Positions 46,901 to 59,900 of a DNA stretch of 64,000 bases are shown here, piece by piece. The DNA lies in contig OZ024744.1 of the NCBI GenBank assembly GCA_964016885.1, positions 134,416,001-134,480,000 of the forward strand, read 5' to 3'. The notes beneath the pieces were generated by a model, which saw nothing but the letters and a program-made list of their open reading frames with translations, was not told the origin of the DNA and searched no databases. Each line of letters opens with the position of its first letter. The first letter of the stretch is position 1. The stretch is from Eledone cirrhosa (lineage: Eukaryota). Both the position numbers and the translations under genes were made by a program.

Positions 46901-49544
46901 GTTGGGGTTAAGTTAAGTTGGGGTTCAGTTAAGTTGGGGTTAAGTTAAGTTGGGGTTAAGTTAAGTTGGGGTTAAGTTAAGTCGGGGTTAAGTTAAGTTG
47001 GGGTTGAGTTAAGTTGGGGTTCAGTTAAGTTGGGGTTAAGTTAAGTTGGGGTTGAGTTAAGTTGGGGTTGAGTTAAATTGGGGTTGAGTTAAGTTGGGGT
47101 TGAGTTAAGTTGGTGTTGAGTTAAGTTGGGGTTAAGTTAAGTTGGGGTTAAGTTAATTTGTGGTTAAGTTAAGTTGGGGTTAAGTTAAGTTGGGGTTAAG
47201 TTAAGTTGGGGTTAAGTTAAGTCGGGGTTAAGTTAAGTTGGGGTTAAATTAAGTTGGGGTTACGTTAAGTTGGTGTTAAGTTAAGTTGGGGTTAATTTAA
47301 GTTGGGGTTAATTAAGTTGGGGTTAAGTTAAGTTGGGGTTAAGTTAAGTTGGGGTTAATTTAAGTTGGGGTTGAGTTAAGTTGGGGTTAAGTTAAGTTGG
47401 GGTTATATTAAGTTGGGGTTAAGTTAAGTTGGGGTTCAGTTAAGTTGGGGATAAGTTAAGTTGGGGTTAAGTTAAGTTGGGGTTAAGTTAAGTTGGGGTT
47501 AAGTTAAGTTGGTGTTAAGTTAAGTTGGGGCTAAGTTAAGTTGGGGCTGAGTTAAGTTGGGGCTGAGTTAAGTTGGGGTTAAGTTAAGTTGGGGTTGAGT
47601 TAAGTTGGGGTTAAGTTAAGTTGGGGTCAAGTTAAGTTGGGGTTAAGTTGGGGTTAAGTTAAGTTAGGTTTAAGTTAAGTTGGGGTTAAGTTAAGTTGGG
47701 GTTAAGTTAAGTTGGGGTTAAGTTAAGTTGGGGTTAAGTTAAGTTGGGGTTAAGTTAATTTGTGGTTAAGTTAAGTTGGGGTTAAGTTAAGTTCGGGTTA
47801 AGTTAAGTTGGGGTTAAGTTAAGTCGGGGTTAAGTTAAGTTGGGGTTAAGTTAAGTTGGGGTTAATTTAAGTTGGGGTTAAGTTAAGTTGGGGTTAAGTT
47901 AAGTTGGGGTTAAGTTAAGTTGGGGTTAAGTTAAGTTGAGGTTAAGTTAAGTTGGGGTTAAATTAAGTTGGGGTTAAGTTAAGTTGGGGTTAAGTTAAGT
48001 TGGGGTTAAGTTAAGTTGGGGATAAGTTAAGTTGGGGATAATTTAAGTTGGGGTTAAGTTAAGTTGGGTTTAAGTTAAGTTGGGGTTAAGTTAAGTTGGG
48101 GATAAGTTAAGTTGGGGTTAAGTTAAGTTGGGGTTAAGTTAAGTTGGGGTTAAGTTAAGTTGGGGCTAAGTTAAGTTGGGGCTGAGTTAAGTTGGGGTTA
48201 AGTTAAGTTGGGGTTAAGTTAAGTTGGGGTTAAGTTAAGTTGGGGTTTATTTAAGTTGGGGTTAAATTAAGTTGGGGTTCAGTTAAGTTGGGGTTAAGTT
48301 AAGTTGGGGTTAAGATGGGGTTAAATTAAGTTGGGGTTAAGTTAAGTTGGGGTTAAGTTAAGTTGGGGTTAAGTTAAGTTGGGGTTAAGTTAAGTCGGGG
48401 TTAAGTTAAGTCGTGGTTAAGTTAAGTTAGGGTTCAGTTAAGTTGGGGTTAAGTTAAGTTGGGGTTGAGTTAAGTTGGGGTTGAGTTAAATTGGGGTTGA
48501 GTTAAGTTGGGGTTGAGTTAAGTTGGTTTTGAGTTAAGTTGGGGTTAAGTTAAGTTGGGGTTAAGTTAAGTTGGGGTCAAGTTAAGTTGGGGTTAAGTTA
48601 AGTTGGTTAGTTAAGTTGAGTTTAAGTTAAGTTGGGGTTAATTTAAGTTGGGGTTAAGTTAAGTTGGGGTTAAGTTAAGTTGGGGTTAAGTTAAGTTGGG
48701 GTTAAGTTAAGTTGGGGTTAAGTTAAGTCGGGGTTAATTTAAGTCGGGGTTAAGTTAAGTTAGGGTTCAGTTAAGTTGGGGTTAAGTTAAGTTGGGGTTG
48801 AGTTAAGTTGGGGTTGAGTTAAATTGGGGTTGAGTTAAGTTGGTGTTGAGTTAAGTTGGTGTTGAGTTAAGTTGGGGTTAAGTTAAGTTGGGGTTAAGTT
48901 AAGTTGCAGTTAAGTTAAGTTGAGGTTTAGTTAAGGTGGGGTTAAGTTAAGTCGGGGTTAAGTTAAGTTGTGGTTGAGTTAAGTTGGGGTTAATTTAAGT
49001 TGGGGCTGAGTTAATTTGTGGTTAAGTTAAGCTGGAGTTAAGTTAAGTTGGGGTTGAGTTAAGTTGGGGTTGAGTTAATTTGGGGTTAAGTTAAGTTGGG
49101 GTTAATTTAAGTTGGGTTTAAGTTAAGTTGGGGTTAAATTAAGTTGGGGTTAAATTAAGTTGGGGTTAAGTTAAGTTGGGGGTAAGTTAAGTTGGGGTTA
49201 AGTTAAGTTGGGGTTAATTTAAGTTGGGGTTTATTTAAGTTGGGGTTACGTTAAGTTGGTGTTAAGTTAAGTTGGGGTTAATTTAAGTTGGGGTTAATTA
49301 AGTTGGGGTTAAGTTAAGTTGGGGTTAAGTTAAGTTGGGGTTAAGTTAAGTTGAGGTTAAGTTAAGTTGGGGTTAAATTAAGTTGGGGTTAAGTTAAGTT
49401 GGGGTTAAGTTAAGTTGGGGTTAAGTTAAGTTGGGGATAAGTTAAGTTGGGGATAATTTAAGTTGGGGTTAAGTTAAGTTGGGTTTAAGTTAAGTTGGGG
49501 TTAAGTTAAGTTGGGGATAAGTTAAGTTGGGGTTAAGTTAAGTT

Positions 49545-52500
49545 GGGGTTAAGTTAAGTTGGGGTTAAGTTAAGTTGGGGCTAAGTTAAGTTGGGGCTGA
49601 GTTAAGTTGGGGTTAAGTTAAGTTGGGGTTAAGTTAAGTTGGGGTTAAGTTAAGTTGGGGTTTATTTAAGTTGGGGTTAAATTAAGTTGGGGTTCAGTTA
49701 AGTTGGGGTTAAGTTAAGTTGGGGTTAAGATGGGGTTAAATTAAGTTGGGGTTAAGTTAAGTTGGGGTTAAGTTAAGTTGGGGTTAAGTTAAGTTGGGGT
49801 TAAGTTAAGTCGGGGTTAAGTTAAGTCGTGGTTAAGTTAAGTTAGGGTTCAGTTAAGTTGGGGTTAAGTTAAGTTGGGGTTGAGTTAAGTTGGGGTTGAG
49901 TTAAATTGGGGTTGAGTTAAGTTGGGGTTGAGTTAAGTTGGTTTTGAGTTAAGTTGGGGTTAAGTTAAGTTGGGGTTAAGTTAAGTTGGGGTCAAGTTAA
50001 GTTGGGGTTAAGTTAAGTTGGTTAGTTAAGTTGAGTTTAAGTTAAGTTGGGGTTAATTTAAGTTGGGGTTAAGTTAAGTTGGGGTTAAGTTAAGTTGGGG
50101 TTAAGTTAAGTTGGGGTTAAGTTAAGTTGGGGTTAAGTTAAGTCGGGGTTAATTTAAGTCGGGGTTAAGTTAAGTTAGGGTTCAGTTAAGTTGGGGTTAA
50201 GTTAAGTTGGGGTTGAGTTAAATTGGGGTTGAGTTAAATTGGGGTTGAGTTAAGTTGGTGTTGAGTTAAGTTGGTGTTGAGTTAAGTTGGGGTTAAGTTA
50301 AGTTGGGGTTAAGTTAAGTTGCAGTTAAGTTAAGTTGAGGTTTAGTTAAGGTGGGGTTAAGTTAAGTCGGGGTTAAGTTAAGTTGTGGTTGAGTTAAGTT
50401 GGGGTTAATTTAAGTTGGGGCTGAGTTAATTTGTGGTTAAGTTAAGCTGGAGTTAAGTTAAGTTGGGGTTGAGTTAAGTTGGGGTTGAGTTAATTTGGGG
50501 TTAAGTTAAGTTGGGGTTAATTTAAGTTGGGTTTAAGTTAAGTTGGGGTTAAATTAAGTTGGGGTTAAATTAAGTTGGGGTTAAGTTAAGTTGGGGGTAA
50601 GTTAAGTTGGGGTTAAGTTAAGTTGGGGTTAATTTAAGTTGGGGTTTATTTAAGTTGGGGTTACGTTAAGTTGGTGTTAAGTTAAGTTGGGGTTAATTTA
50701 AGTTGGGGTTAATTAAGTTGGGGTTAAGTTAAGTTGGGGTTAAGTTAAGTTGGGGTTAAGTTAAGTTGGGGTTCAGTTAAGTTGGGTATAAGTTAAGTTG
50801 GGTATAAGTTAAGTTGGGGTTAAGTTAAGTTGGGGTTAAGTTAAGTCGGTGTTAAGTTAAGTTGGGGCTAAGTTAAGTTGGGGCTGAGTTAAGTTGGGGC
50901 TGAGTTAAGTTGGGGTTAAGTTAAGTTGGGGTCAAGTTAAGTTGGGGTTTATTTAAGTTGGGGTTACGTTAAGTTGGTGTTAAGTTAAGTTGGGGTTAAT
51001 TTAAGTTGGGGTTAATTAAGTTGGGGTTAAGTTAAGTTGGGGTTAAGTTAAGTTGGGGTTAATTTAAGTTGGGGTTGAGTTAAGTTGGGGTTAAGTTAAG
51101 TTGGGGTTATATTAAGTTGGGGTTAATTTAAGTTGGGGTTCAGTTAAGATGGGTATAAGTTAAGTTGGGGTTAAGTTAAGTTGGGGTTAAGTTAAGTTGG
51201 GGTTAAGTTAAGTTGGTGTTAAGTTAAGTTGGGGCTAAGTTAAGTTGGGGCTGAGTTAAGTTGGGGCTGAGTGAAGTTGGGGTTAAGTTAAGTTGGGGTC
51301 AAGTTAAGTTGGGGTTAAGTTGGGGTTAAGTTAAGTTAGGTTTAAGTTAAGATGGGGTTAAGTTAAGTTGGGGTTAAGTTAAGTTGGGGTTAAGTTAATT
51401 TGTGGTTAAGTTAAGTTGGGGTTAAGTTAAGTTGGGGTTAAGTTAAGTTGGGGTTAAGTTAAGTCGGGGTTAAGTTAAGTTGGGGTTAAGTTAAGTTGGG
51501 GTTAATTTAAGTTGGGGTTAAGTTAAGTTGGGGTCAAGTTAAGTTGGGGTTAAGTTGGGGTTAAGTTAAGTTAGGTTTAAGTTAAGTTGGGGTTAAGTTA
51601 AGTTGGGGTTAAGTTAAGTTGGGGTTAAGTTAAGTTGGGGTTAAGTTAAGTTGGGGTTAAGTTAATTTGTGGTTAAGTTAAGTTGGGGTTAAGTTAAGTT
51701 GGGGTTAAGTTAAGTTGGGGTTAAGTTAAGTTGGGGTTAAGTTAAGTTGGGGTTAAGATGGGGTTAAATTAAGTTGGGGTTAAGTTAAGTTGGGGTTAAG
51801 TTAAGTTGGGGTTAAGTTAAGTTGGGGCTAAGTTAAGTTGGGGCTGAGTTAAGTTGGGGTTAAGTTAAGTTGGGGTTAAGTTAAGTTGGGGTTAAGTTAA
51901 GTTGGGGTTTATTTAAGTTGGGGTTAAATTAAGTTGGGGTTCAGTTAAGTTGGGGTTAAGTTAAGTTGGGGTTAAGATGGGGTTAAATTAAGTTGGGGTT
52001 AAGTTAAGTTGGGGTTAAGTTAAGTTGGGGTTAAGTTAAGTTGGGGTTAAGTTAAGTCGGGGTTAAGTTAAGTCGTGGTTAAGTTAAGTTAGGGTTCAGT
52101 TAAGTTGGGGTTAAGTTAAGTTGGGGTTGAGTTAAGTTGGGGTTGAGTTAAATTGGGGTTGAGTTAAGTTGGGGTTGAGTTAAGTTGGTTTTGAGTTAAG
52201 TTGGGGTTAAGTTAAGTTGGGGTTAAGTTAAGTTGGGGTCAAGTTAAGTTGGGGTTAAGTTAAGTTGGTTAGTTAAGTTGAGTTTAAGTTAAGTTGGGGT
52301 TAATTTAAGTTGGGGTTAAGTTAAGTTGGGGTTAAGTTAAGTTGGGGTTAAGTTAAGTTGGGGTTAAGTTAAGTTGGGGTTAAGTTAAGTCGGGGTTAAT
52401 TTAAGTCGGGGTTAAGTTAAGTTAGGGTTCAGTTAAGTTGGGGTTAAGTTAAGTTGGGGTTGAGTTAAATTGGGGTTGAGTTAAATTGGGGTTGAGTTAA

Positions 52501-53970
52501 GTTGGTGTTGAGTTAAGTTGGTGTTGAGTTAAGTTGGGGTTAAGTTAAGTTGGGGTTAAGTTAAGTTGCAGTTAAGTTAAGTTGAGGTTTAGTTAAGGTG
52601 GGGTTAAGTTAAGTCGGGGTTAAGTTAAGTTGTGGTTGAGTTAAGTTGGGGTTAATTTAAGTTGGGGCTGAGTTAATTTGTGGTTAAGTTAAGCTGGAGT
52701 TAAGTTAAGTTGGGGTTGAGTTAAGTTGGGGTTGAGTTAATTTGGGGTTAAGTTAAGTTGGGGTTAATTTAAGTTGGGTTTAAGTTAAGTTGGGGTTAAA
52801 TTAAGTTGGGGTTAAATTAAGTTGGGGTTAAGTTAAGTTGGGGGTAAGTTAAGTTGGGGTTAAGTTAAGTTGGGGTTAATTTAAGTTGGGGTTTATTTAA
52901 GTTGGGGTTACGTTAAGTTGGTGTTAAGTTAAGTTGGGGTTAATTTAAGTTGGGGTTAATTAAGTTGGGGTTAAGTTAAGTTGGGGTTAAGTTAAGTTGG
53001 GGTTAAGTTAAGTTGGGGTTCAGTTAAGTTGGGTATAAGTTAAGTTGGGTATAAGTTAAGTTGGGGTTAAGTTAAGTTGGGGTTAAGTTAAGTCGGTGTT
53101 AAGTTAAGTTGGGGCTAAGTTAAGTTGGGGCTGAGTTAAGTTGGGGCTGAGTTAAGTTGGGGTTAAGTTAAGTTGGGGTCAAGTTAAGTTGGGGTTTATT
53201 TAAGTTGGGGTTACGTTAAGTTGGTGTTAAGTTAAGTTGGGGTTAATTTAAGTTGGGGTTAATTAAGTTGGGGTTAAGTTAAGTTGGGGTTAAGTTAAGT
53301 TGGGGTTAATTTAAGTTGGGGTTGAGTTAAGTTGGGGTTAAGTTAAGTTGGGGTTATATTAAGTTGGGGTTAATTTAAGTTGGGGTTCAGTTAAGATGGG
53401 TATAAGTTAAGTTGGGGTTAAGTTAAGTTGGGGTTAAGTTAAGTTGGGGTTAAGTTAAGTTGGTGTTAAGTTAAGTTGGGGCTAAGTTAAGTTGGGGCTG
53501 AGTTAAGTTGGGGCTGAGTGAAGTTGGGGTTAAGTTAAGTTGGGGTCAAGTTAAGTTGGGGTTAAGTTGGGGTTAAGTTAAGTTAGGTTTAAGTTAAGAT
53601 GGGGTTAAGTTAAGTTGGGGTTAAGTTAAGTTGGGGTTAAGTTAATTTGTGGTTAAGTTAAGTTGGGGTTAAGTTAAGTTGGGGTTAAGTTAAGTTGGGG
53701 TTAAGTTAAGTCGGGGTTAAGTTAAGTTGGGGTTAAGTTAAGTTGGGGTTAATTTAAGTTGGGGTTAAGTTAAGTTGGGGTCAAGTTAAGTTGGGGTTAA
53801 GTTGGGGTTAAGTTAAGTTAGGTTTAAGTTAAGTTGGGGTTAAGTTAAGTTGGGGTTAAGTTAAGTTGGGGTTAAGTTAAGTTGGGGTTAAGTTAAGTTG
53901 GGGTTAAGTTAATTTGTGGTTAAGTTAAGTTGGGGTTAAGTTAAGTTGGGGTTAAGTTAAGTTGGGGTTA
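49545..53970 (+). repeat. 2247-bp tandem duplication
   Basis: TCGTGG 49827/52074 and GCTGGAG 50447/52694. A private doubled TTGAGTTAAATTGGGG occurs near 50215 and 52460. Boundaries approximate. Confidence 0.8.
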
Positions 53971-56900
53971 AGTTAAGTCGGGGTTAAGTTAAGTTGGGGT
54001 TAAGTTAAGTTGGGGTTAATTTAAGTTGGGGTTAAGTTAAGTTGGGGTTAAGTTAAGTTGGGGTTAAATTAAGTTGGGGTTAAGTTAAGTTGGGGTTAAG
54101 TCAAGTTGGGGTTAAGTTAAGTTGGGGATAAGTTAAGTTGGGGATAATTTAAGTTGGGGTTAAGTTAAGTTGGGTTTAAGTTAAGTTGGGGTTAAGTTAA
54201 GTTGGGGTTAAGTTAAGTTGGGGTTAAGTTAAGTTGGGGTTAAGTTAAGTTGGGGTTAAGTTAAGTTGGGGCTAAGTTAAGTTGGGGCTGAGTTAAGTTG
54301 GGGTTAAGTTAAGTTGGGCTTAATTTAAGTCGGGGTTAAGTTAAGTTAGGGTTCAGTTATATTGGGGTTAAGTTAAGTTGGGGTTAAGTTAAGTTGGGGT
54401 TAAGTTAAGTCGGGGTTAAGTTAAGTTGGGGTTAAGTTAAGTTGGGGTTAAGTTAAGTCGGGGTTAAGTTAAGTTGGGGTTAAGTTAAGTTGGGGTTAAT
54501 TTAAGTTGGGGTTAAGTTAAGTTGGGGTTAAGTTAAGTTGGGGTTAAGTTAAGATGGGGTTAATTTAAGTTGGGGTTAAGTTAAGTTGAGGTTAAGTTAA
54601 GTTGGGGTTAAATTAAGTTGGGTTTAAGTTAAGTTGGGGTTAAGTCAAGTTGGGGTTAAGTTAAGTTGGGGATAAGTTAAGTTGGGGATAATTTAAGTTG
54701 GGTTTAAGTTAAGTTGGGGTTAAGTTGAGTTGGGGTTAAGTTAAGTTGGGGTTAAGTTAAGTTGGGGTTAATTTAAGTTGGGGCTAAGTTAAGTTGGGAC
54801 TGAGTTAAGTTGGGGTTAAGTTAAGTTGGGGTTAAGTTACGTTGGGGTTAAGTTAAGTTGGAGTTTATTTAAGTTGGGGTTAAGTTAAGTTGGGGTTCAG
54901 TTAAGTTGGGGTTAAGTTAAGTTGGGGTTAAGTTAAGTTGGGGTTAAGTTAAGTCGGGGTTAAGTTAAGTTGGGGTTGAGTTAAGTTGGGGTTCAGTTAA
55001 GTTGGGGTTAAGTTAAGTTGGGGTTGAGTTAAGTTGGGGTTGAGTTAAATTGGGGTTGAGTTAAGTTGGGGTTGAGTTAAGTTGGTGTTGAGTTAAGTTG
55101 GGGTTAAGTTAAGTTGGGGTTAAGTTAATTTGTGGTTAAGTTAAGTTGGGGTTAAGTTAAGTTGGGGTTAAGTTAAGTTGGGGTTAAGTTAAGTCGGGGT
55201 TAAGTTAAGTTGGGGTTGAGTTAAGTTGGGGTTAATTTAAGTTGGGGTTAAGTTAAGTTGGGGTTAAGTTAAGTTGGGGTTAAGTTAAGTTGGGGTTAAG
55301 TTAAGTTGGGGTTAAGTTAAGTTGAGGTTAAGTTAAGTTGGGGTTAAATTAAGTTGGGGTTAAGTTAAGTTGGGGTTAAGTTAAGTTGGGGTTAAGTTAA
55401 GTTGGGGAGAAGTTAAGTTGGGGTTAAGTTAATTTGGGGTTAAGTTAAGTTGGGGTTAAGTTAAGTTGGGGTTAAGTTAAGTCGGGGTTAAGTTAAGTTG
55501 GGGTTAAGTTAAGTTGGGGTTAAGTTAAGTTGGGGTTAAGTTAAGTTGGGGTCAAGTTAAGTTGGGGTTAAGTTGGGGTTAAGTTAAGTTAGGTTTAAGT
55601 TAAGTTGGGGTTAAGTTAAGTTGGGGTTAAGTTAATATGGGGTTAAGTTAAGTTGGGGTTAAGTTAATTTGTGGTTAAGTTAAGTTGGGGTTAAGTTAAG
55701 TTGGGGTTAAGTTAAGTTGGGGTTAAGTTAAGTCGGAGTTAATTTAAGTTGGGGTTAAGTTAAGTTGGGGTTAAGTTAATTTGTGGTTAAGTTAAGTTGG
55801 GGTTAAGTTAAGTTGGGGTTAAGTTAAGTTGGGGTTAAGTTAAGTCGGAGTTAATTTAAGTTGGGGTTAAGTTAAGTTGGGGTTAATTTAAGTTGGGGTT
55901 AAGTTAAGTTGGGGTTAAGTTAAGTTGGGGTTAAATTAAGTTGGGGTTAAGTTAAGTTGGGGTTAAGTCAAGTTGGGGTTAAGTTAAGTTGGGGATAAGT
56001 TAAGTTGGGGATAATTTAAGTTGGGGTTAAGTTAAGTTGGGTTTAAGTTAAGTTGGGGTTAAGTTAAGTTGAGGTTAAGTTAAGTTGGGGTTAAGTTAAG
56101 TTGGGGTTAAGTTAAGTTGGGGTTAAGTTAAGTTGGGGCTAAGTTAAGTTGGGGCTGAGTTAAGTTGGGGTTAAGTTAAGTTGGGCTTAATTTAAGTCGG
56201 GGTTAAGTTAAGTTAGGGTTCAGTTAAGTTGGGGTTAAGTTAAGTTGGGGTTGAGTTAAGTTGGGGTTGAGTTAAATTGGGGTTGAGTTAAGTTGGGGTT
56301 GAGTTAAGTTGGTGTTGAGTTAAGTTGGGGTTAAGTTAAGTTGGGGTTAAGTTAAGTTGCAGTTAAGTTAAGTTGAGGTTAAGTTAAGGTGCGGTTAAGT
56401 TAAGTTGGGGTTAAGTTAAGTTGGGGCTAAGTTAAGTTGGGGTTAAGTTAAGTTGGGGTTAAGTTAAGTTGGGGTTAATTTAAGTTGGGGTTAAGTTAAG
56501 TTGGGGTTAAGTTAAGTTGGGGTTAAGTTAAGTTGGGGTTAAGTTAAGTCGGGGTTAAGTTAAGTCGGGGTTAAGTTAAGTTAGGGTTCAGTTAAGTTGG
56601 GGTTAAGTTAAGTTGGGGTTGAGTTAAGTTGGGGTTGAGTTAAATTGGGGTTGAGTTAAGTTGGGGTTGAGTTAAGTTGGTGTTGAGTTAAGTTGGGGTT
56701 AAGTTAAGTTGGGGTTAAGTTAATTTGTGGTTAAGTTAAGTTGGGGTTAAGTTAAGTTGGGGTTAAGTTAAGTTGGGGTTAAGTTAAGTCGGGGTTAAGT
56801 TAAGTTGGGGTTGAGTTAAGTTGGGGTTAATTTAAGTTGGGGTTAAGTTAAGTTGGGGTTAAGTTAAGTTGGGGTTAAGTTAAGTTGGGGTTAAGTTAAG

Positions 56901-59900
56901 TTGGGGTTAAGTTAAGTTGAGGTTAAGTTAAGTTGGGGTTAAATTAAGTTGGGGTTAAGTTAAGTTGGGGTTAAGTTAAGTTGGGGTTAAGTTAAGTTGG
57001 GGATAAGTTAAGTTGGGGATAATTTAAGTTGGGGTTAAGTTAAGTTGGGTTTAAGTTAAGTTGGGGTTAAGTTAAGTTGGGGATAAGTTAAGTTGGGGTT
57101 AAGTTAAGTTGGGGTTAAGTTAAGTTGGGGTTAAGTTAAGTTGGGGCTAAGTTAAGTTGGGGCTGAGTTAAGTTGGGGTTAAGTTAAGTTGGGGTTAAGT
57201 TAAGTTGGGGTTAATTTAAGTTGGGGTTTATTTAAGTTGGGGTTACGTTAAGTTGGTGTTAAGTTAAGTTGGGGTTAATTTAAGTTGGGGTTAATTAAGT
57301 TGGGGTTAAGTTAAGTTGGGGTTAAGTTAAGTTGGGGTTAATTTAAGTTGGGGTTGAGTTAAGTTGGGGTTAAGTTAAGTTGGGGTTATATTAAGTTGGG
57401 GTTAAGTTAAGTTGGGGTTCAGTTAAGTTGGGTATAAGTTAAGTTGGGGTTAAGTTAAGTTGGGGTTAAGTTAAGTTGGGGTTAAGTTAAGTTGGTGTTA
57501 AGTTAAGTTGGGGCTAAGTTAAGTTGGGGCTGAGTTAAGTTGGGGCTGAGTTAAGTTGGGGTTAAGTTAAGTTGGGTTCAAGTTAAGTTGGGGTTAAGTT
57601 GGGGTTAAGTTAAGTTAGGTTTAAGTTAAGATGGGGTTAAGTTAAGTTGGAGTTAAGTTAAGTTGGGGTTAAGTTAAGTCGGGGTTAAGTTAAGTTGGGG
57701 TTAAGTTAAGTTGGGGTTAATTTAAGTTGGGGTTAAGTTAAGTTGGGGTCAAGTTAAGTTGGGGTTAAGTTGGGGTTAAGTTAAGTTAGGTTTAAGTTAA
57801 GTTGGGGTTAAGTTAAGTTGGGGTTAAGTTAAGTTGGGGTTAAGTTAAGTTGGGGTTAAGTTAAGTTGGGGTTAAGTTAATTTGTGGTTAAGTTAAGTTG
57901 GGGTTAAGTTAAGTTGGGGTTAAGTTAAGTTGGGGTTAAGTTAAGTCGGGGTTAAGTTAAGTTGGGGTTAAGTTAAGTTGGGGTTAATTTAAGTTGGGGT
58001 TAAGTTAAGTTGGGGTTAAGTTAAGTTGGGGTTAAATTAAGTTGGGGTTAAGTTAAGTTGGGGTTAAGTCAAGTTGGGGTTAAGTTAAGTTGGGGATAAG
58101 TTAAGTTGGGGATAATTTAAGTTGGGGTTAAGTTAAGTTGGGTTTAAGTTAAGTTGGGGTTAAGTTAAGTTGGGGTTAAGTTAAGTTGGGGTTAAGTTAA
58201 GTTGGGGTTAAGTTAAGTTGGGGTTAAGTTAAGTTGGGGCTAAGTTAAGTTGGGGCTGAGTTAAGTTGGGGTTAAGTTAAGTTGGGCTTAATTTAAGTCG
58301 GGGTTAAGTTAAGTTAGGGTTCAGTTAAGTTGGGGTTAAGTTAAGTTGGTGTTAAGTTAAGTTGGGGTTAAGTTAAGTCGGGGTTAAGTTAAGTTGGGGT
58401 TAAGTTAAGTTGGGGTTAAGTTAAGTCGGGGTTAAGTTAAGTTGGGGTTAAGTTAAGTTGGGGTTAATTTAAGTTGGGGTTAAGTTAAGTTGGGGTTAAG
58501 TTAAGTTGGGGTTAAGTTAAGATGGGGTTAATTTAAGTTGGGGTTAAGTTAAGTTGAGGTTAAGTTAAGTTGGGGTTAAATTAAGTTGGGGTTAAGTTAA
58601 GTTGGGGTTAAGTCAAGTTGGGGTTAAGTTAAGTTGGGGATAAGTTAAGTTGGGGATAATTTAAGTTGGGTTTAAGTTAAGTTGGGGTTAAGTTGAGTTG
58701 GGGTTAAGTTAAGTTGGGGTTAAGTTAAGTTGGGGTTAATTTAAGTTGGGGCTAAGTTAAGTTGGGACTGAGTTAAGTTGGGGTTAATTTAAGTTGGGGT
58801 TAAGTTATGTTGGGGTTAAGTTAAGTTGGAGTTTATTTAAGTTGGGGTTAAGTTAAGTTGGGGTTCAGTTAAGTTGGGGTTAAGTTAAGTTGGGGTTAAG
58901 TTAAGTCGGGGTTAAGTTAAGTCGGGGTTAAGTTAAGTTAGGGTTCAGTTAAGTTGGGGTTAAGTTAAGTTGGGGTTGAGTTAAGTTGGGGTTGAGTTAA
59001 ATTGGGGTTGAGTTAAGTTGGGGTTGAGTTAAGTTGGTGTTGAGTTAAGTTGGGGTTAAGTTAAGTTGGGGTTAAGTTAATTTGTGGTTAAGTTAAGTTG
59101 GGGTTAAGTTAAGTTGGGGTTAAGTTAAGTTGGGGTTAAGTTAAGTTGGGGTTAAGTTAAGTTGAGGTTAAGTTAAGTTGGGGTTAAATTAAGTTGGGGT
59201 TAAGTTAAGTTGGGGTTAAGTTAAGTTGGGGTTAAGTTAAGTTGGGGATAAGTTAAGTTGGGGATAATTTAAGTTGGGGTTAAGTTAAGTTGGGTTTAAG
59301 TTAAGTTGGGGTTAAGTTAAGTTGGGGATAAGTTAAGTTGGGGTTAAGTTAAGTTGGGGTTAAGTTAAGTTGGGGTTAAGTTAAGTTGGGGCTAAGTTAA
59401 GTTGGGGCTGAGTTTAGTTGGGGTTAAGTTAAGTTGGGGTTAAGTTAAGTTGGGGTTAATTTAAGTTGGGGTTTATTTAAGTTGGGGTTACGTTAAGTTG
59501 GTGTTAAGTTAAGTTGGGGTTAATTTAAGTTGGGGTTAATTAAGTTGGGGTTAAGTTAAGTTGGGGTTAAGTTAAGTTGGGGTTAAGTTAAGTTGGGGTT
59601 CAGTTAAGTTGGGTATAAGTTAAGTTGGGTATAAGTTAAGTTGGGGTTAAGTTAAGTTGGGGTTAAGTTAAGTTGGTGTTAAGTTAAGTTGGGGCTAAGT
59701 TAAGTTGGGGCTGAGTTAAGTTGGGGCTGAGTTAAGTTGGGGTTAAGTTAAGTTGGGGTCAAGTTAAGTTGGGGTTAAGTTGGGGTTAAGTTAAGTTAGG
59801 TTTAAGTTAAGATGGGGTTAAGTTAAGTTGGGGTTAAGTTAAGTTGGGGTTAAGTTAAGTTGGGGTTAAGTTAAGTTGGGGTTGAGTTAATTTGTGGTTA

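Larger units (their letters stand above)
15953..49138 (+). repeat. Near-perfect 16,593-bp tandem duplication (15953-32545 and 32546-49138)
   Basis: The C of TCGTGG pairs as 18540/35133, 19955/36548, 24233/40826, 26110/42703, 27509/44102 and 31819/48412. Private variants pair as 22337/38930, 24603/41196 and 26767/43360. All offsets are 16,593. Confidence 0.93.
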
